From positions 75,201 to 139,200 of the forward strand of contig OZ287717.1 in the NCBI GenBank assembly GCA_965649825.1: 64,000 nt of DNA. Reading direction: 5' to 3'. A program made the translations under genes and the position numbers. The notes under the pieces are model-generated. The model worked only from the letters and a program-made list of their open reading frames with translations, searched no databases and was not told where the DNA came from. Source of the DNA: Penicillus capitatus. Lineage: Eukaryota; Plantae; Chlorophyta. Below, in pieces: positions 1 to 15,000 of the stretch; the stretch's first letter is position 1; each line of letters opens with the position of its first letter.

Positions 1-3000
1 GTCGAATCCGGAAAGGCCGCGCCACAGCCCGAGCACGCCGCCGTCGGGCTCCAACCAAGGGTCCGTCGGCATCCACTCGACCCCGCCGACACATTCCCAC
101 CCTCGCTCGACCGTGTCGCCGGCGTCATCGTGCACTTCCAGATCGTACTGACAGGCCAGGTTACACCTGATGCGACGTAACCGCCACGATTTCAACTCCG
201 TACGACACCGCCCAAAGCCAAACGAACCTCCGGTGATCGGCATCCGCGACGTGTCCCGAGGCGTCCCGCACCCGTCTGCGTCGAAGACTGCCGACGGTGG
301 GCCCTCCGTGGGCCGTGGTCTGCCGAAATGTCGAATCCGGAAACGCCGCGCCACAGCCCGAGGACGCCGCCGTCGGGCTCCAACCAAGGGTCCGTCCGCA
401 TCCACTCGACCCCGCCGACACATCCCCACCCTCGCTCGACCGTGTCGCCGGCGTCGTCGTGCACTTCCAGATCGTACTGACAGGCCAGGTTACACCTGAT
501 GCGACGTAACCGCCACGATTTCAACTCCGTACGACACCGCCCAAAGCCAAACGAGCCTCCGGTGATCGGCATCCGCGACGTGTCCCGAGGCGTCCCGCAC
601 CCGTCTGCGTCGAAGTCTGCCGACGGTCGGCCCTCCGTCGGCCGCAATGTGCCCAAATGTCGAATCCGGAAAGGCCGCGCCACAGCCCGAGCACGCCGCC
701 GTCGGGCTCCAACCAAGGGTCCGTCGGCATCCACTCGACCCCGCCGACACATTCCCACCCTCGCTCGACCGTGTCGCCGGCGTCATCGTGCACTTCCAGA
801 TCGTACTGACAGGCCAGGTTACACCTGATGCGACGTAACCGCCACGATTTCAACTCCGTACGACACCGCCCAAAGCCAAACGAACCTCCGGTGATCGGCA
901 TCCGCGACGTGTCCCGAGGCGTCCCGCACCCGTCTGCGTCGAAGACTGCCGACGGTGGGCCCTCCGTGGGCCGTGGTCTGCCGAAATGTCGAATCCGGAA
1001 ACGCCGCGCCACAGCCCGAGGACGCCGCCGTCGGGCTCCAACCAAGGGTCCGTCCGCATCCACTCGACCCCGCCGACACATTCCCACCCTCGCTGGACCG
1101 TGTCGCCGGCGTCATCGTGCACTTCCAGATCGTACTGACAGGCCAGGTTACACCTGATGCGACGTAACGGCCTCGATTTCAACCAAGTACGACACCGCCC
1201 AGAGCCAAACGAGCTTGCACCGATCGGCATCCGCGGTGTGTCCCGAGACGTCCCGCACCCGTCTGCGTCGAAGACTGCCGACGGTGGGCCCTCCGTGGGC
1301 CGTGGTCTGCCGAAATGTCGAATCCGGAAACGCCGCGCCACAGCCCGAGGACGCCGCCGTCGGGCTCCAACCAAGGGTCCGTCGGCATCCACTCGACCCC
1401 GCCGACACATCCCCACCCTCGCTCGACCGTGTCGCCGGCGTCGTCGTGCACTTCCAGATCGTACTGACAGGCCAGGTTACACCTGATGCGACGTAACGGC
1501 CTCGATTTCAACCAAGTACGACACCGCCCAGAGCCAAACGAACCTCCGGTGATCGGCATCCGCGGTGTGTCCCGAGGCGTCCCGCACCCGTCTGCGTCGA
1601 AGACTGCCGACGGTCGGCCCTCCGTGGGCCGCAGTGTGCCGAAATGTCGAATCCGGAAAGGCCGCGCCACAGCCCGAGGACGCCGCCGTCGGGCTCCAAC
1701 CAAGGGTCCGTCGGCATCCACTCGACCCCGCCGACACATCCCCACCCTCGCTCGACCGTGTCGCCGGCGTCGTCGTGCACTTCCAGATCGTACTGACAGG
1801 CCAGGTTACACCTGATGCGACGTAACGGCCACGATTTCAACCAAGTACGACACCGCCCAAAGCCAACCGAGCCTCCACCGATCGGCATCCGCGACGTGTC
1901 CCGAGGCGTCCCGCACCCGTCTGCGTCGTAGTCTGCCGACGGTGGGCCCTCCGTGGGCCGTGGTCTGCCGAAATGTCGAATCCGGAAACGCCGCGCCACA
2001 GGTCGAGCACGCCGCCGTCGGGCTCCAACCAAGGGTCCGTCCGCATCCACTCGACCCCGCCGACACATCCCCGCCCTCGCTCGACCGTGTCGCCGGCGTC
2101 ATCGTGCACTTCCAGATCGTACTGACAGGCCAGGTTACACCTGATGCGACGTAACGGCCTCGATTTCAACCAAGTACGACACCGCCCAGAGCCAAACGAG
2201 CTTGCACCGATCGGCATCCGCGGTGTGTCCCGAGACGTCCCCGCACCCGTCTGCGTCGAAGACTGCCGACGGTGGGCCTTCCGTGGGCCGTGGTCTGCCG
2301 AAATGTCGAATCCGGAAAGGCCGCGCCACAGCCCGAGGACGCCGCCGTCGGGCTCCAACCAAGGGTCCGTCCGCATCCACTCGACCCCGCCGACACATCC
2401 CCACCCTCGCTCGACCGTGTCGCCGGCGTCATCGTGCACTTCCAGATCGTACTGACAGGCCAGGTTACACCTGATGCGACGTAACCGCCACGATTTCAAC
2501 TCCGTACGACACCGCCCAGAGCCAAACGAACCTCCGGTGATCGGCATCCGCGGTGTGTCCCGAGGCGTCCCGCACCCGTCTGCGTCGAAGACTGCCGACG
2601 GTGGGCCCTCCGTGGGCCGTGGTCTGCCGAAATGTCGAATCCGGAAACGCCGCGCCACAGCCCGAGGACGCCGCCGTCGGGCTCCAACCAAGGGTCCGTC
2701 CGCATCCACTCGACCCCGCCGACACATTCCCACCCTCGCTCGACCGTGTCGCCGGCGTCATCGTGCACTTCCAGATCGTACTGACAGGCCAGGTTACACC
2801 TGATGCGACGTAACGGCCTCGATTTCAACCGAGTACGACACCGCCCAAAGCCAAACGAACCTCCGGTGATCGGCATCCGCGGTGTGTCCCGAGGCGTCCC
2901 GCACCCGTCTGCGTCGAAGACTGCCGACGGTGGGCCCTCCGTGGGCCGCAGTGTGCCGAAATGTCGAATCCGGAAAGGCCGCGCCACAGCCCGAGGACGC

Positions 3001-6000
3001 CGCCGTCGGGCTCCAACCAAGGGTCCGTCGGCATCCACTCGACCCCGCCGACACATTCCCACCCTCGCTCGACCGTGTCGCCGGCGTCGTCGTGCACTTC
3101 CAGATCGTACTAACAGGCCAGGTTACACCTGATGCGACGTAACGGCCACGATTTCAACCAAGTACGACACCGCCCAAAGCCAACCGAGCCTCCACCGATC
3201 GGCATCCGCGGTGTGTCCCGAGGCGTCCCGCACCCGTCTGCGTCGAAGACTGCCGACGGTGGGCCCTCCGTGGGCCGCAGTGTGCCGAAATGTCGAATCC
3301 GGAAAGGCCGCGCCACAGCCCGAGGACGCCGCCGTCGGTCGCCAAACTTGGGTCCGTCGGCATCCACTCGACCCCGCCGACACATTCCCACCCTCGCTCG
3401 ACCGTGTCGCCGGCGTCATCGTGCACTTCCAGATCGTACTGACAGGCCAGGTTACACCTGATGCGACGTAACCGCCACGATTTCAACTCCGTACGACACC
3501 GCCCAAAGCCAAACGAACCTCCGGTGATCGGCATCCGCGGTGTGTCCCGAGGCGTCCCGCACCCGTCTGCGTCGAAGACTGCCGACGGTGGGCCCTCCGT
3601 GGGCCGTGGTCTGCCGAAATGTCGAATCCGGAAACGCCGCGCCACAGCCCGAGGACGCCGCCGTCGGGCTCCAACCAAGGGTCCGTCCGCATCCACTCGA
3701 CCCCGCCGACACATTCCCACCCTCGCTCGACCGTGTCGCCGGCGTCATCGTGCACTTCCGGATCGTACTGACAGGCCAGGTTACACCTGATGCGACGTAA
3801 CGGCCACGATTTCAACCAAGTACGACACCGCCCAGAGCCAAACGAGCCTCCACCGATCGGCATCCGCGGCGTGTCCCGAGGCGTCCCGCACCCGTCTGCG
3901 TCGAAGACTGCCGACGGTGGGCCCTCCGTCGGCCGCAGTGTGCCGAAATGTCGAATCCGGAAAGGCCGCGCCACAGCCCGAGGACGCCGCCGTCGGTCGC
4001 CAAACTTGGGTCCGTCGGCATCCACTCGACCCCGCCGACACATCCCCACCCTCGCTCGACCGTGTCGCCGGCGTCGTCGTGCACTTCCGGATCGTACTGA
4101 CAGGCCAGGTTACACCTGATGCGACGTAACGGCCACGATTTCAACCAAGTACGACACCGCCCAGAGCCAAACGAGCCTCCACCGATTGGCATCCGCGACG
4201 TGTCCCGAGGCGTCCCGCACCCGTCTGCGTCGAAGACTGCCGACGGTCGGCCCTCCGTGGGCCGCAGTGTGCCGAAATGTCGAATCCGGAAAGGCCGCGC
4301 CACAGCCCGAGGACGCCGCCGTTGGTCGCCAAACTTGGGTCCGTCGGCATCCACTCGACCCCGCCGACCCATCCCCACCCTCGCTCGACCGTGTCGCCGG
4401 CGTCGTCGTGCACTTCTGCGAGTCACTGACAGGCCAGGTTACACCTGATGCGACGTAACCGCCACGATTTCAACTCCGTACGACACCGCCCAAAGCCAAA
4501 CGAGCCTCCGGTGATCGGCATCCGCGGCGTGTCCCGAGGCGTCCCGCACCCGTCTGCGTCGAAGACTGCCGACGGTGGGCCCTCCGTGGGCCGCAGTGTG
4601 CCGAAATGTCGAATCCGGAAAGGCCGCGCCACAGCCCGAGGACGCCGCCGTCGGTCGCCAAACTTGGGTCCGTCGGCATCCACTCGACCCCGCCGACACA
4701 TTCCCACCCTCGCTCGACCGTGTCGCCGGCGTCATCGTGCACTTCCAGATCGTACTGACAGGCCAGGTTACACCTGATGCGACGTAACCGCCACGATTTC
4801 AACTCCGTACGACACCGCCCAAAGCCAAACGAACCTCCGGTGATCGGCATCCGCGGTGTGTCCCGAGGCGTCCCGCACCCGTCTGCGTCGAAGACTGCCG
4901 ACGGTGGGCCCTCCGTGGGCCGTGGTCTGCCGAAATGTCGAATCCGGAAACGCCGCGCCACAGCCCGAGGACGCCGCCGTCGGGCTCCAACCAAGGGTCC
5001 GTCCGCATCCACTCGACCCCGCCGACACATTCCCACCCTCGCTCGACCGTGTCGCCGGCGTCATCGTGCACTTCCAGATCGTACTGACAGGCCAGGTTAC
5101 ACCTGATGCGACGTAACGGCCTCGATTTCAACCAAGTACGACACCGCCCAGAGCCAAACGAGCTTGCACCGATCGGCAATCCGCGGTGTGTCCCGAGACG
5201 TCCCGCACCCGTCTGCGTCGAAGACTGCCGACGGTGGGCCCTCCGTGGGCCGTGGTCTGCCGAAATGTCGAATCCGGAAACGCCGCGCCACAGCCCGAGG
5301 ACGCCGCCGTCGGGCTCCAACCAAGGGTCCGTCGGCATCCACTCGACCCCGCCGACACATCCCCACCCTCGCTCGACCGTGTCGCCGGCGTCGTCGTGCA
5401 CTTCCAGATCGTACTGACAGGCCAGGTTACACCTGATGCGACGTAACGGCCTCGATTTCAACCAAGTACGACACCGCCCAGAGCCAAACGAACCTCCGGT
5501 GATCGGCATCCGCGGTGTGTCCCGAGGCGTCCCGCACCCGTCTGCGTCGAAGACTGCCGACGGTCGGCCCTCCGTGGGCCGCAGTGTGCCGAAATGTCGA
5601 ATCCGGAAAGGCCGCGCCACAGCCCGAGGACGCCGCCGTCGGGCTCCAACCAAGGGTCCGTCGGCATCCACTCGACCCCGCCGACACATCCCCACCCTCG
5701 CTCGACCGTGTCGCCGGCGTCGTCGTGCACTTCCAGATCGTACTGACAGGCCAGGTTACACCTGATGCGACGTAACGGCCACGATTTCAACCAAGTACGA
5801 CACCGCCCAAAGCCAACCGAGCCTCCACCGATCGGCATCCGCGGTGTGTCCCGAGGCGTCCCGCACCCGTCTGCGTCGAAGACTGCCGACGGTCGGCCCT
5901 CCGTGGGCCGTGGTCTGCCGAAATGTCGAATCCGGAAAGGTCGCGCCACAGCCCGAGAACGCCGCCGTCGGGCTCCAACCAAGGGTCCGTCCGCATCCAC

Positions 6001-9000
6001 TCGCCCCCGCCGACACATTGCCGCCCTCGCTCGACCGTGTCGCCGGCGTCGTCGTGCACTTCCAGATCGTACTGACAGGCCAGGTTACACCTGATGCGAC
6101 GTAACGGCCACGATTTCAACCAAGTACGACACCGCCCAAAGCCAAACGAGCCTCCACCGATCGGCATCCGCGGCGTGTCCCGAGGCGTCCCGCACCCGTC
6201 TGCGTCGAAGACTGCCGACGGTGGGCCCTCCGTGGGCCGCAATCTGCCGAAATGTCGAATCCGGAAACGCCGCGCCACAGCCCGAGCACGCCGCCGTCGG
6301 GCTCCAACCAAGGGTCCGTCGGCATCCACTCGACCCCGCCGACACATTCCCACCCTCGCTGGACCGTATCGCCGGCGTCATCGTGCACTTCCAGATCGTA
6401 CTGACAGGCCAGGTTACACCTGATGCGACGTAACCGCCACGATTTCAACTCCGTACGACACCGCCCAAAGCCAAACGAACCTCCGGTGATCGGCATCCGC
6501 GACGTGTCCCGAGGCGTCCCGCACCCGTCTGCGTCGAAGACTGCCGACGGTGGGCCCTCCGTGGGCCGTGGTCTGCCGAAATGTCGAATCCGGAAAGGCC
6601 GCGCCACAGCCCGAGGACGCCGCCGTCGGGCTCCAACCAAGGGTCCGTCCGCATCCACTCGACCCCGCCGACACATTCCCACCCTCGCTGGACCGTATCG
6701 CCGGCGTCATCGTGCACTTCCAGATCGTACTCACAGGCCAGGTTACACCTGATGCGACGTAACGGCCTCGATTTCAACCAAGTACGACACCGCCCAGAGC
6801 CAAACGAGCTTGCACCGATCGGCATCCGCGGTGTGTCCCGAGACGTCCCGCACCCGTCTGCGTCGAAGACTGCCGACGGTGGGCCCTCCGTGGGCCGTGG
6901 TCTGCCGAAATGTCGAATCCGGAAACGCCGCGCCACAGCCCGAGGACGCCGCCGTCGGGCTCCAACCAAGGGTCCGTCGGCATCCACTCGACCCCGCCGA
7001 CACATCCCCACCCTCGCTCGACCGTGTCGCCGGCGTCGTCGTGCACTTCCAGATCGTACTGACAGGCCAGGTTACACCTGATGCGACGTAACGGCCTCGA
7101 TTTCAACCAAGTACGACACCGCCCAGAGCCAAACGAACCTCCGGTGATCGGCATCCGCGGTGTGTCCCGAGACGTCCCGCACCCGTCTGCGTCGAAGACT
7201 GCCGACGGTCGGCCCTCCGTGGGCCGTGGTCTGCCGAAATGTCGAATCCGGAAAGGCCGCGCCACAGCCCGAGAACGCCGCCGTCGGGCTCCAACCAAGG
7301 GTCCGTCGGCATCCACTCGACCCCGCCGACACATCCCCACCCTCGCTCGACCGTGTCGCCGGCGTCGTCGTGCACTTCCAGATCGTACTGACAGGCCAGG
7401 TTACACCTGATGCGACGTAACGGCCACGATTTCAACCAAGTACGACACCGCCCAAAGCCAACCGAGCCTCCACCGATCGGCATCCGCGGTGTGTCCCGAG
7501 GCGTCCCGCACCCGTCTGCGTCGAAGACTGCCGACGGTCGGCCCTCCGTGGGCCGTGGTCTGCCGAAATGTCGAATCCGGAAAGGTCGCGCCACAGCCCG
7601 AGAACGCCGCCGTCGGGCTCCAACCAAGGGTCCGTCCGCATCCACTCGCCCCCGCCGACACATTGCCGCCCTCGCTCGACCGTGTCGCCGGCGTCGTCGT
7701 GCACTTCCAGATCGTACTGACAGGCCAGGTTACACCTGATGCGACGTAACGGCCACGATTTCAACCAAGTACGACACCGCCCAAAGCCAAACGAGCCTCC
7801 ACCGATCGGCATCCGCGGCGTGTCCCGAGGCGTCCCGCACCCGTCTGCGTCGAAGACTGCCGACGGTGGGCCCTCCGTGGGCCGCAATCTGCCGAAATGT
7901 CGAATCCGGAAACGCCGCGCCACAGCCCGAGCACGCCGCCGTCGGGCTCCAACCAAGGGTCCGTCGGCATCCACTCGACCCCGCCGACACATTCCCACCC
8001 TCGCTGGACCGTATCGCCGGCGTCATCGTGCACTTCCAGATCGTACTGACAGGCCAGGTTACACCTGATGCGACGTAACCGCCACGATTTCAACTCCGTA
8101 CGACACCGCCCAAAGCCAAACGAACCTCCGGTGATCGGCATCCGCGACGTGTCCCGAGGCGTCCCGCACCCGTCTGCGTCGAAGACTGCCGACGGTGGGC
8201 CCTCCGTGGGCCGTGGTCTGCCGAAATGTCGAATCCGGAAAGGCCGCGCCACAGCCCGAGGACGCCGCCGTCGGGCTCCAACCAAGGGTCCGTCCGCATC
8301 CACTCGACCCCGCCGACACATTCCCACCCTCGCTGGACCGTATCGCCGGCGTCATCGTGCACTTCCAGATCGTACTCACAGGCCAGGTTACACCTGATGC
8401 GACGTAACGGCCTCGATTTCAACCAAGTACGACACCGCCCAGAGCCAAACGAGCTTGCACCGATCGGCATCCGCGGTGTGTCCCGAGACGTCCCGCACCC
8501 GTCTGCGTCGAAGACTGCCGACGGTGGGCCCTCCGTGGGCCGTGGTCTGCCGAAATGTCGAATCCGGAAACGCCGCGCCACAGCCCGAGGACGCCGCCGT
8601 CGGGCTCCAACCAAGGGTCCGTCGGCATCCACTCGACCCCGCCGACACATTCCCACCCTCGCTCGACCGTGTCGCCGGCGTCATCGTGCACTTCCAGATC
8701 GTACTGACAGGCCAGGTTACACCTGATGCGACGTAACCGCCACGATTTCAACTCCGTACGACACCGCCCAAAGCCAAACGAGCTTGCACCGATCGGCATC
8801 CGCGGTGTGTCCCGAGACGTCCCGCACCCGTCTGCGTCGAAGACTGCCGACGGTGGGCCCTCCGTGGGCCGTGGTCTGCCGAAATGTCGAATCCGGAAAG
8901 GTCGCGCCACAGCCCGAGAACGCCGCCGTCGGGCTCCAACCAAGGGTCCGTCCGCATCCACTCGCCCCCGCCGACACATCCCCACCCTCGCTCGACCGTG

Positions 9001-12000
9001 TCGCCGGCGTCATCGTGCACTTCCAGATCGTACTGACAGGCCAGGTTACACCTGATGCGACGTAACGGCCTCGATTTCAACCAAGTACGACACCGCCCAA
9101 AGCCAAACGAGCTTGCACCGATCGGCATCCGCGGTGTGTCCCGAGACGTCCCGCACCCGTCTGCGTCGAAGACTGCCGACGGTGGGCCCTCCGTGGGCCG
9201 TGGTCTGCCGAAATGTCGAATCCGGAAAGGTCGCGCCACAGCCCGAGAACGCCGCCGTCGGGCTCCAACCAAGGGTCCGTCCGCATCCACTCGCCCCCGC
9301 CGACACATCCCCACCCTCGCTCGACCGTGTCGCCGGCGTCATCGTGCACTTCCAGATCGTACTAACAGGCCAGGTTACACCTGATGCGACGTAACGGCCT
9401 CGATTTCAACCAAGTACGACACCGCCCAAAGCCAAACGAACCTCCGGTGATCGGCATCCGCGGTGTGTCCCGAGGCGTCCCGCACCCGTCTGCGTCGAAG
9501 ACTGCCGACGGTGGGCCCTCCGTGGGCCGCAATCTGCCGAAATGTCGAATCCGGAAACGCCGCGCCACAGGTCGAGCACGCCGCCGTCGGGCTCCAACCA
9601 AGGGTCCGTCGGCATCCACTCGCCCCCGCCGACACATCCCCACCCTCGCTCGACCGTGTCGCCGGCGTCATCGTGCACTTCCAGATCGTACTGACAGGCC
9701 AGGTTACACCTGATGCGACGTAACGGCCTCGATTTCAACCAAGTACGACACCGCCCAGAGCCAAACGAACCTCCGGTGATCGGCATCCGCGGTGTGTCCC
9801 GAGGCGTCCCGCACACGTCTGCGTTGTAGTTTGCCGACGGTGGGCCCTCCGTGGGCCGTGGTCTGCCGAAATGTCGAATCCGGAAAGGGCGCGCCACAGC
9901 CCGAGAACGCCGCCGTCGGGCTCCAACCAAGGGTCCGTCGGCATCCACTCGACCCCGCCGACACATTCCCACCCTCGCTCGACCGTGTCGCCGGCGTCAT
10001 CGTGCACTTCCAGATCGTACTGACAGGCCAGGTTACACCTGATGCGACGTAACCGCCACGATTTCAACTCCGTACGACACCGCCCAAAGCCAAACGAGCT
10101 TGCACCGATTGGCATCCGCGGTGTGTCCCGAGGCGTCCCGCACCCGTCTGCGTCGAAGACTGCCGACGGTGGGCCCTCCGTGGGCCGTGGTCTGCCGAAA
10201 TGTCGAATCCGGAAAGGCCGCGCCACAGCCCGAGGACGCCGCCGTCGGGCTCCAACCAAGGGTCCGTCCGCATCCACTCGACCCCGCCGACACATTCCCA
10301 CCCTCGCTCGACCGTGTCGCCGGCGTCATCGTGCACTTCCAGATCGTACTGACAGGCCAGGTTACACCTGATGCGACGTAACGGCCTCGATTTCAACCAA
10401 GTACGACACCGCCCAGAGCCAAACGAACCTCCGGTGATCGGCATCCGCGGTGTGTCCCGAGGCGTCCCGCACCCGTCTGCGTTGTAGTTTGCCGACGGTG
10501 GGCCCTCCGTGGGCCGTGGTCTGCCGAAATGTCGAATCCGGAAAGGGCGCGCCACAGCCCGAGAACGCCGCCGTCGGGCTCCAACCAAGGGTCCGTCGGC
10601 ATCCACTCGACCCCGCCGACACATTCCCACCCTCGCTCGACCGTGTCGCCGGCGTCATCGTGCACTTCCAGATCGTACTGACAGGCCAGGTTACACCTGA
10701 TGCGACGTAACGGCCACGATTTCAACCAAGTACGACACCGCCCAAAGCCAACCGAGCCTCCACCGATCGGCATCCGCGGTGTGTCCCGAGGCGTCCCGCA
10801 CCCGTCTGCGTCGAAGACTGCCGACGGTCGGCCCTCCGTGGGCCGTGGTCTGCCGAAATGTCGAATCCGGAAAGGTCGCGCCACAGCCCGAGGACGCCGC
10901 CGTCGGGCTCCAACCAAGGGTCCGTCCGCATCCACTCGCCCCCGCCGACACATTGCCGCCCTCGCTCGACCGTGTCGCCGGCGTCGTCGTGCACTTCCAG
11001 ATCGTACTGACAGGCCAGGTTACACCTGATGCGACGTAACGGCCACGATTTCAACCAAGTACGACACCGCCCAAAGCCAAACGAGCCTCCACCGATCGGC
11101 ATCCGCGGCGTGTCCCGAGGCGTCCCGCACCCGTCTGCGTCGAAGACTGCCGACGGTGGGCCCTCCGTGGGCCGCAATCTGCCGAAATGTCGAATCCGGA
11201 AACGCCGCGCCACAGCCCGAGCACGCCGCCGTCGGGCTCCAACCAAGGGTCCGTCGGCATCCACTCGACCCCGCCGACACATTCCCACCCTCGCTGGACC
11301 GTGTCGCCGGCGTCATCGTGCACTTCCAGATCGTACTGACAGGCCAGGTTACACCTGATGCGACGTAACCGCCACGATTTCAACTCCGTACGACACCGCC
11401 CAAAGCCAAACGAACCTCCGGTGATCGGCATCCGCGACGTGTCCCGAGGCGTCCCGCACCCGTCTGCGTCGAAGACTGCCGACGGTGGGCCCTCCGTGGG
11501 CCGTGGTCTGCCGAAATGTCGAATCCGGAAAGGCCGCGCCACAGCCCGAGGACGCCGCCGTCGGGCTCCAACCAAGGGTCCGTCCGCATCCACTCGACCC
11601 CGCCGACACATTCCCACCCTCGCTGGACCGTATCGCCGGCGTCATCGTGCACTTCCAGATCGTACTCACAGGCCAGGTTACACCTGATGCGACGTAACGG
11701 CCTCGATTTCAACCAAGTACGACACCGCCCAGAGCCAAACGAGCTTGCACCGATCGGCATCCGCGGTGTGTCCCGAGACGTCCCGCACCCGTCTGCGTCG
11801 AAGACTGCCGACGGTGGGCCCTCCGTGGGCCGTGGTCTGCCGAAATGTCGAATCCGGAAACGCCGCGCCACAGCCCGAGGACGCCGCCGTCGGGCTCCAA
11901 CCAAGGGTCCGTCGGCATCCACTCGACCCCGCCGACACATTCCCACCCTCGCTCGACCGTGTCGCCGGCGTCATCGTGCACTTCCAGATCGTACTGACAG

Positions 12001-15000
12001 GCCAGGTTACACCTGATGCGACGTAACCGCCACGATTTCAACTCCGTACGACACCGCCCAAAGCCAAACGAGCTTGCACCGATCGGCATCCGCGGTGTGT
12101 CCCGAGACGTCCCGCACCCGTCTGCGTCGAAGACTGCCGACGGTGGGCCCTCCGTGGGCCGTGGTCTGCCGAAATGTCGAATCCGGAAAGGTCGCGCCAC
12201 AGCCCGAGAACGCCGCCGTCGGGCTCCAACCAAGGGTCCGTCCGCATCCACTCGCCCCCGCCGACACATCCCCACCCTCGCTCGACCGTGTCGCCGGCGT
12301 CATCGTGCACTTCCAGATCGTACTAACAGGCCAGGTTACACCTGATGCGACGTAACGGCCTCGATTTCAACCAAGTACGACACCGCCCAAAGCCAAACGA
12401 ACCTCCGGTGATCGGCATCCGCGGTGTGTCCCGAGGCGTCCCGCACCCGTCTGCGTCGAAGACTGCCGACGGTGGGCCCTCCGTGGGCCGCAATCTGCCG
12501 AAATGTCGAATCCGGAAACGCCGCGCCACAGGTCGAGCACGCCGCCGTCGGGCTCCAACCAAGGGTCCGTCGGCATCCACTCGCCCCCGCCGACACATCC
12601 CCACCCTCGCTCGACCGTGTCGCCGGCGTCATCGTGCACTTCCAGATCGTACTGACAGGCCAGGTTACACCTGATGCGACGTAACGGCCTCGATTTCAAC
12701 CAAGTACGACACCGCCCAGAGCCAAACGAACCTCCGGTGATCGGCATCCGCGGTGTGTCCCGAGGCGTCCCGCACACGTCTGCGTTGTAGTTTGCCGACG
12801 GTGGGCCCTCCGTGGGCCGTGGTCTGCCGAAATGTCGAATCCGGAAAGGGCGCGCCACAGCCCGAGAACGCCGCCGTCGGGCTCCAACCAAGGGTCCGTC
12901 GGCATCCACTCGACCCCGCCGACACATTCCCACCCTCGCTCGACCGTGTCGCCGGCGTCATCGTGCACTTCCAGATCGTACTGACAGGCCAGGTTACACC
13001 TGATGCGACGTAACCGCCACGATTTCAACTCCGTACGACACCGCCCAAAGCCAAACGAGCTTGCACCGATTGGCATCCGCGGTGTGTCCCGAGGCGTCCC
13101 GCACCCGTCTGCGTCGAAGACTGCCGACGGTGGGCCCTCCGTGGGCCGTGGTCTGCCGAAATGTCGAATCCGGAAAGGCCGCGCCACAGCCCGAGGACGC
13201 CGCCGTCGGGCTCCAACCAAGGGTCCGTCCGCATCCACTCGACCCCGCCGACACATTCCCACCCTCGCTCGACCGTGTCGCCGGCGTCATCGTGCACTTC
13301 CAGATCGTACTGACAGGCCAGGTTACACCTGATGCGACGTAACGGCCTCGATTTCAACCAAGTACGACACCGCCCAGAGCCAAACGAACCTCCGGTGATC
13401 GGCATCCGCGGTGTGTCCCGAGGCGTCCCGCACCCGTCTGCGTTGTAGTTTGCCGACGGTGGGCCCTCCGTGGGCCGTGGTCTGCCGAAATGTCGAATCC
13501 GGAAAGGGCGCGCCACAGCCCGAGAACGCCGCCGTCGGGCTCCAACCAAGGGTCCGTCGGCATCCACTCGACCCCGCCGACACATTCCCACCCTCGCTCG
13601 ACCGTGTCGCCGGCGTCATCGTGCACTTCCAGATCGTACTGACAGGCCAGGTTACACCTGATGCGACGTAACCGCCACGATTTCAACTCCGTACGACACC
13701 GCCCAAAGCCAAACGAGCTTGCACCGATTGGCATCCGCGGTGTGTCCCGAGGCGTCCCGCACCCGTCTGCGTCGAAGACTGCCGACGGTGGGCCCTCCGT
13801 GGGCCGTGGTCTGCCGAAATGTCGAATCCGGAAAGGCCGCGCCACAGCCCGAGGACGCCGCCGTCGGGCTCCAACCAAGGGTCCGTCCGCATCCACTCGA
13901 CCCCGCCGACACATTCCCACCCTCGCTCGACCGTGTCGCCGGCGTCATCGTGCACTTCCAGATCGTACTGACAGGCCAGGTTACACCTGATGCGACGTAA
14001 CGGCCTCGATTTCAACCAAGTACGACACCGCCCAGAGCCAAACGAACCTCCGGTGATCGGCATCCGCGGTGTGTCCCGAGGCGTCCCGCACCCGTCTGCG
14101 TTGTAGTTTGCCGACGGTGGGCCCTCCGTGGGCCGTGGTCTGCCGAAATGTCGAATCCGGAAAGGGCGCGCCACAGCCCGAGAACGCCGCCGTCGGGCTC
14201 CAACCAAGGGTCCGTCGGCATCCACTCGACCCCGCCGACACATTCCCACCCTCGCTGGACCGTGTCGCCGGCGTCATCGTGCACTTCCAGATCGTACTGA
14301 CAGGCCAGGTTACACCTGATGCGACGTAACCGCCACGATTTCAACTCCGTACGACACCGCCCAAAGCCAAACGAACCTCCGGTGATCGGCATCCGCGGTG
14401 TGTCCCGAGGCGTCCCGCACCCGTCTGCGTTGTAGTTTGCCGACGGTGGGCCCTCCGTGGGCCGTGGTCTGCCGAAATGTCGAATCCGGAAAGGGCGCGC
14501 CACAGCCCGAGAACGCCGCCGTCGGGCTCCAACCAAGGGTCCGTCGGCATCCACTCGACCCCGCCGACACATTCCCACCCTCGCTCGACCGTGTCGCCGG
14601 CGTCATCGTGCACTTCCAGATCGTACTGACAGGCCAGGTTACACCTGATGCGACGTAACCGCCACGATTTCAACTCCGTACGACACCGCCCAAAGCCAAA
14701 CGAGCTTGCACCGATTGGCATCCGCGGTGTGTCCCGAGGCGTCCCGCACCCGTCTGCGTCGAAGACTGCCGACGGTGGGCCCTCCGTGGGCCGTGGTCTG
14801 CCGAAATGTCGAATCCGGAAAGGCCGCGCCACAGCCCGAGGACGCCGCCGTCGGGCTCCAACCAAGGGTCCGTCCGCATCCACTCGACCCCGCCGACACA
14901 TTCCCACCCTCGCTCGACCGTGTCGCCGGCGTCATCGTGCACTTCCAGATCGTACTGACAGGCCAGGTTACACCTGATGCGACGTAACCGCCACGATTTC

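Noticed and set aside
1836-5695. 298-aa ORFs at 1837-2733 and 4799-5695 as special elements
   Set aside because: Produced by single-base insertions (~2240, ~5178) that fuse repeat frames; possibly sequencing indels.
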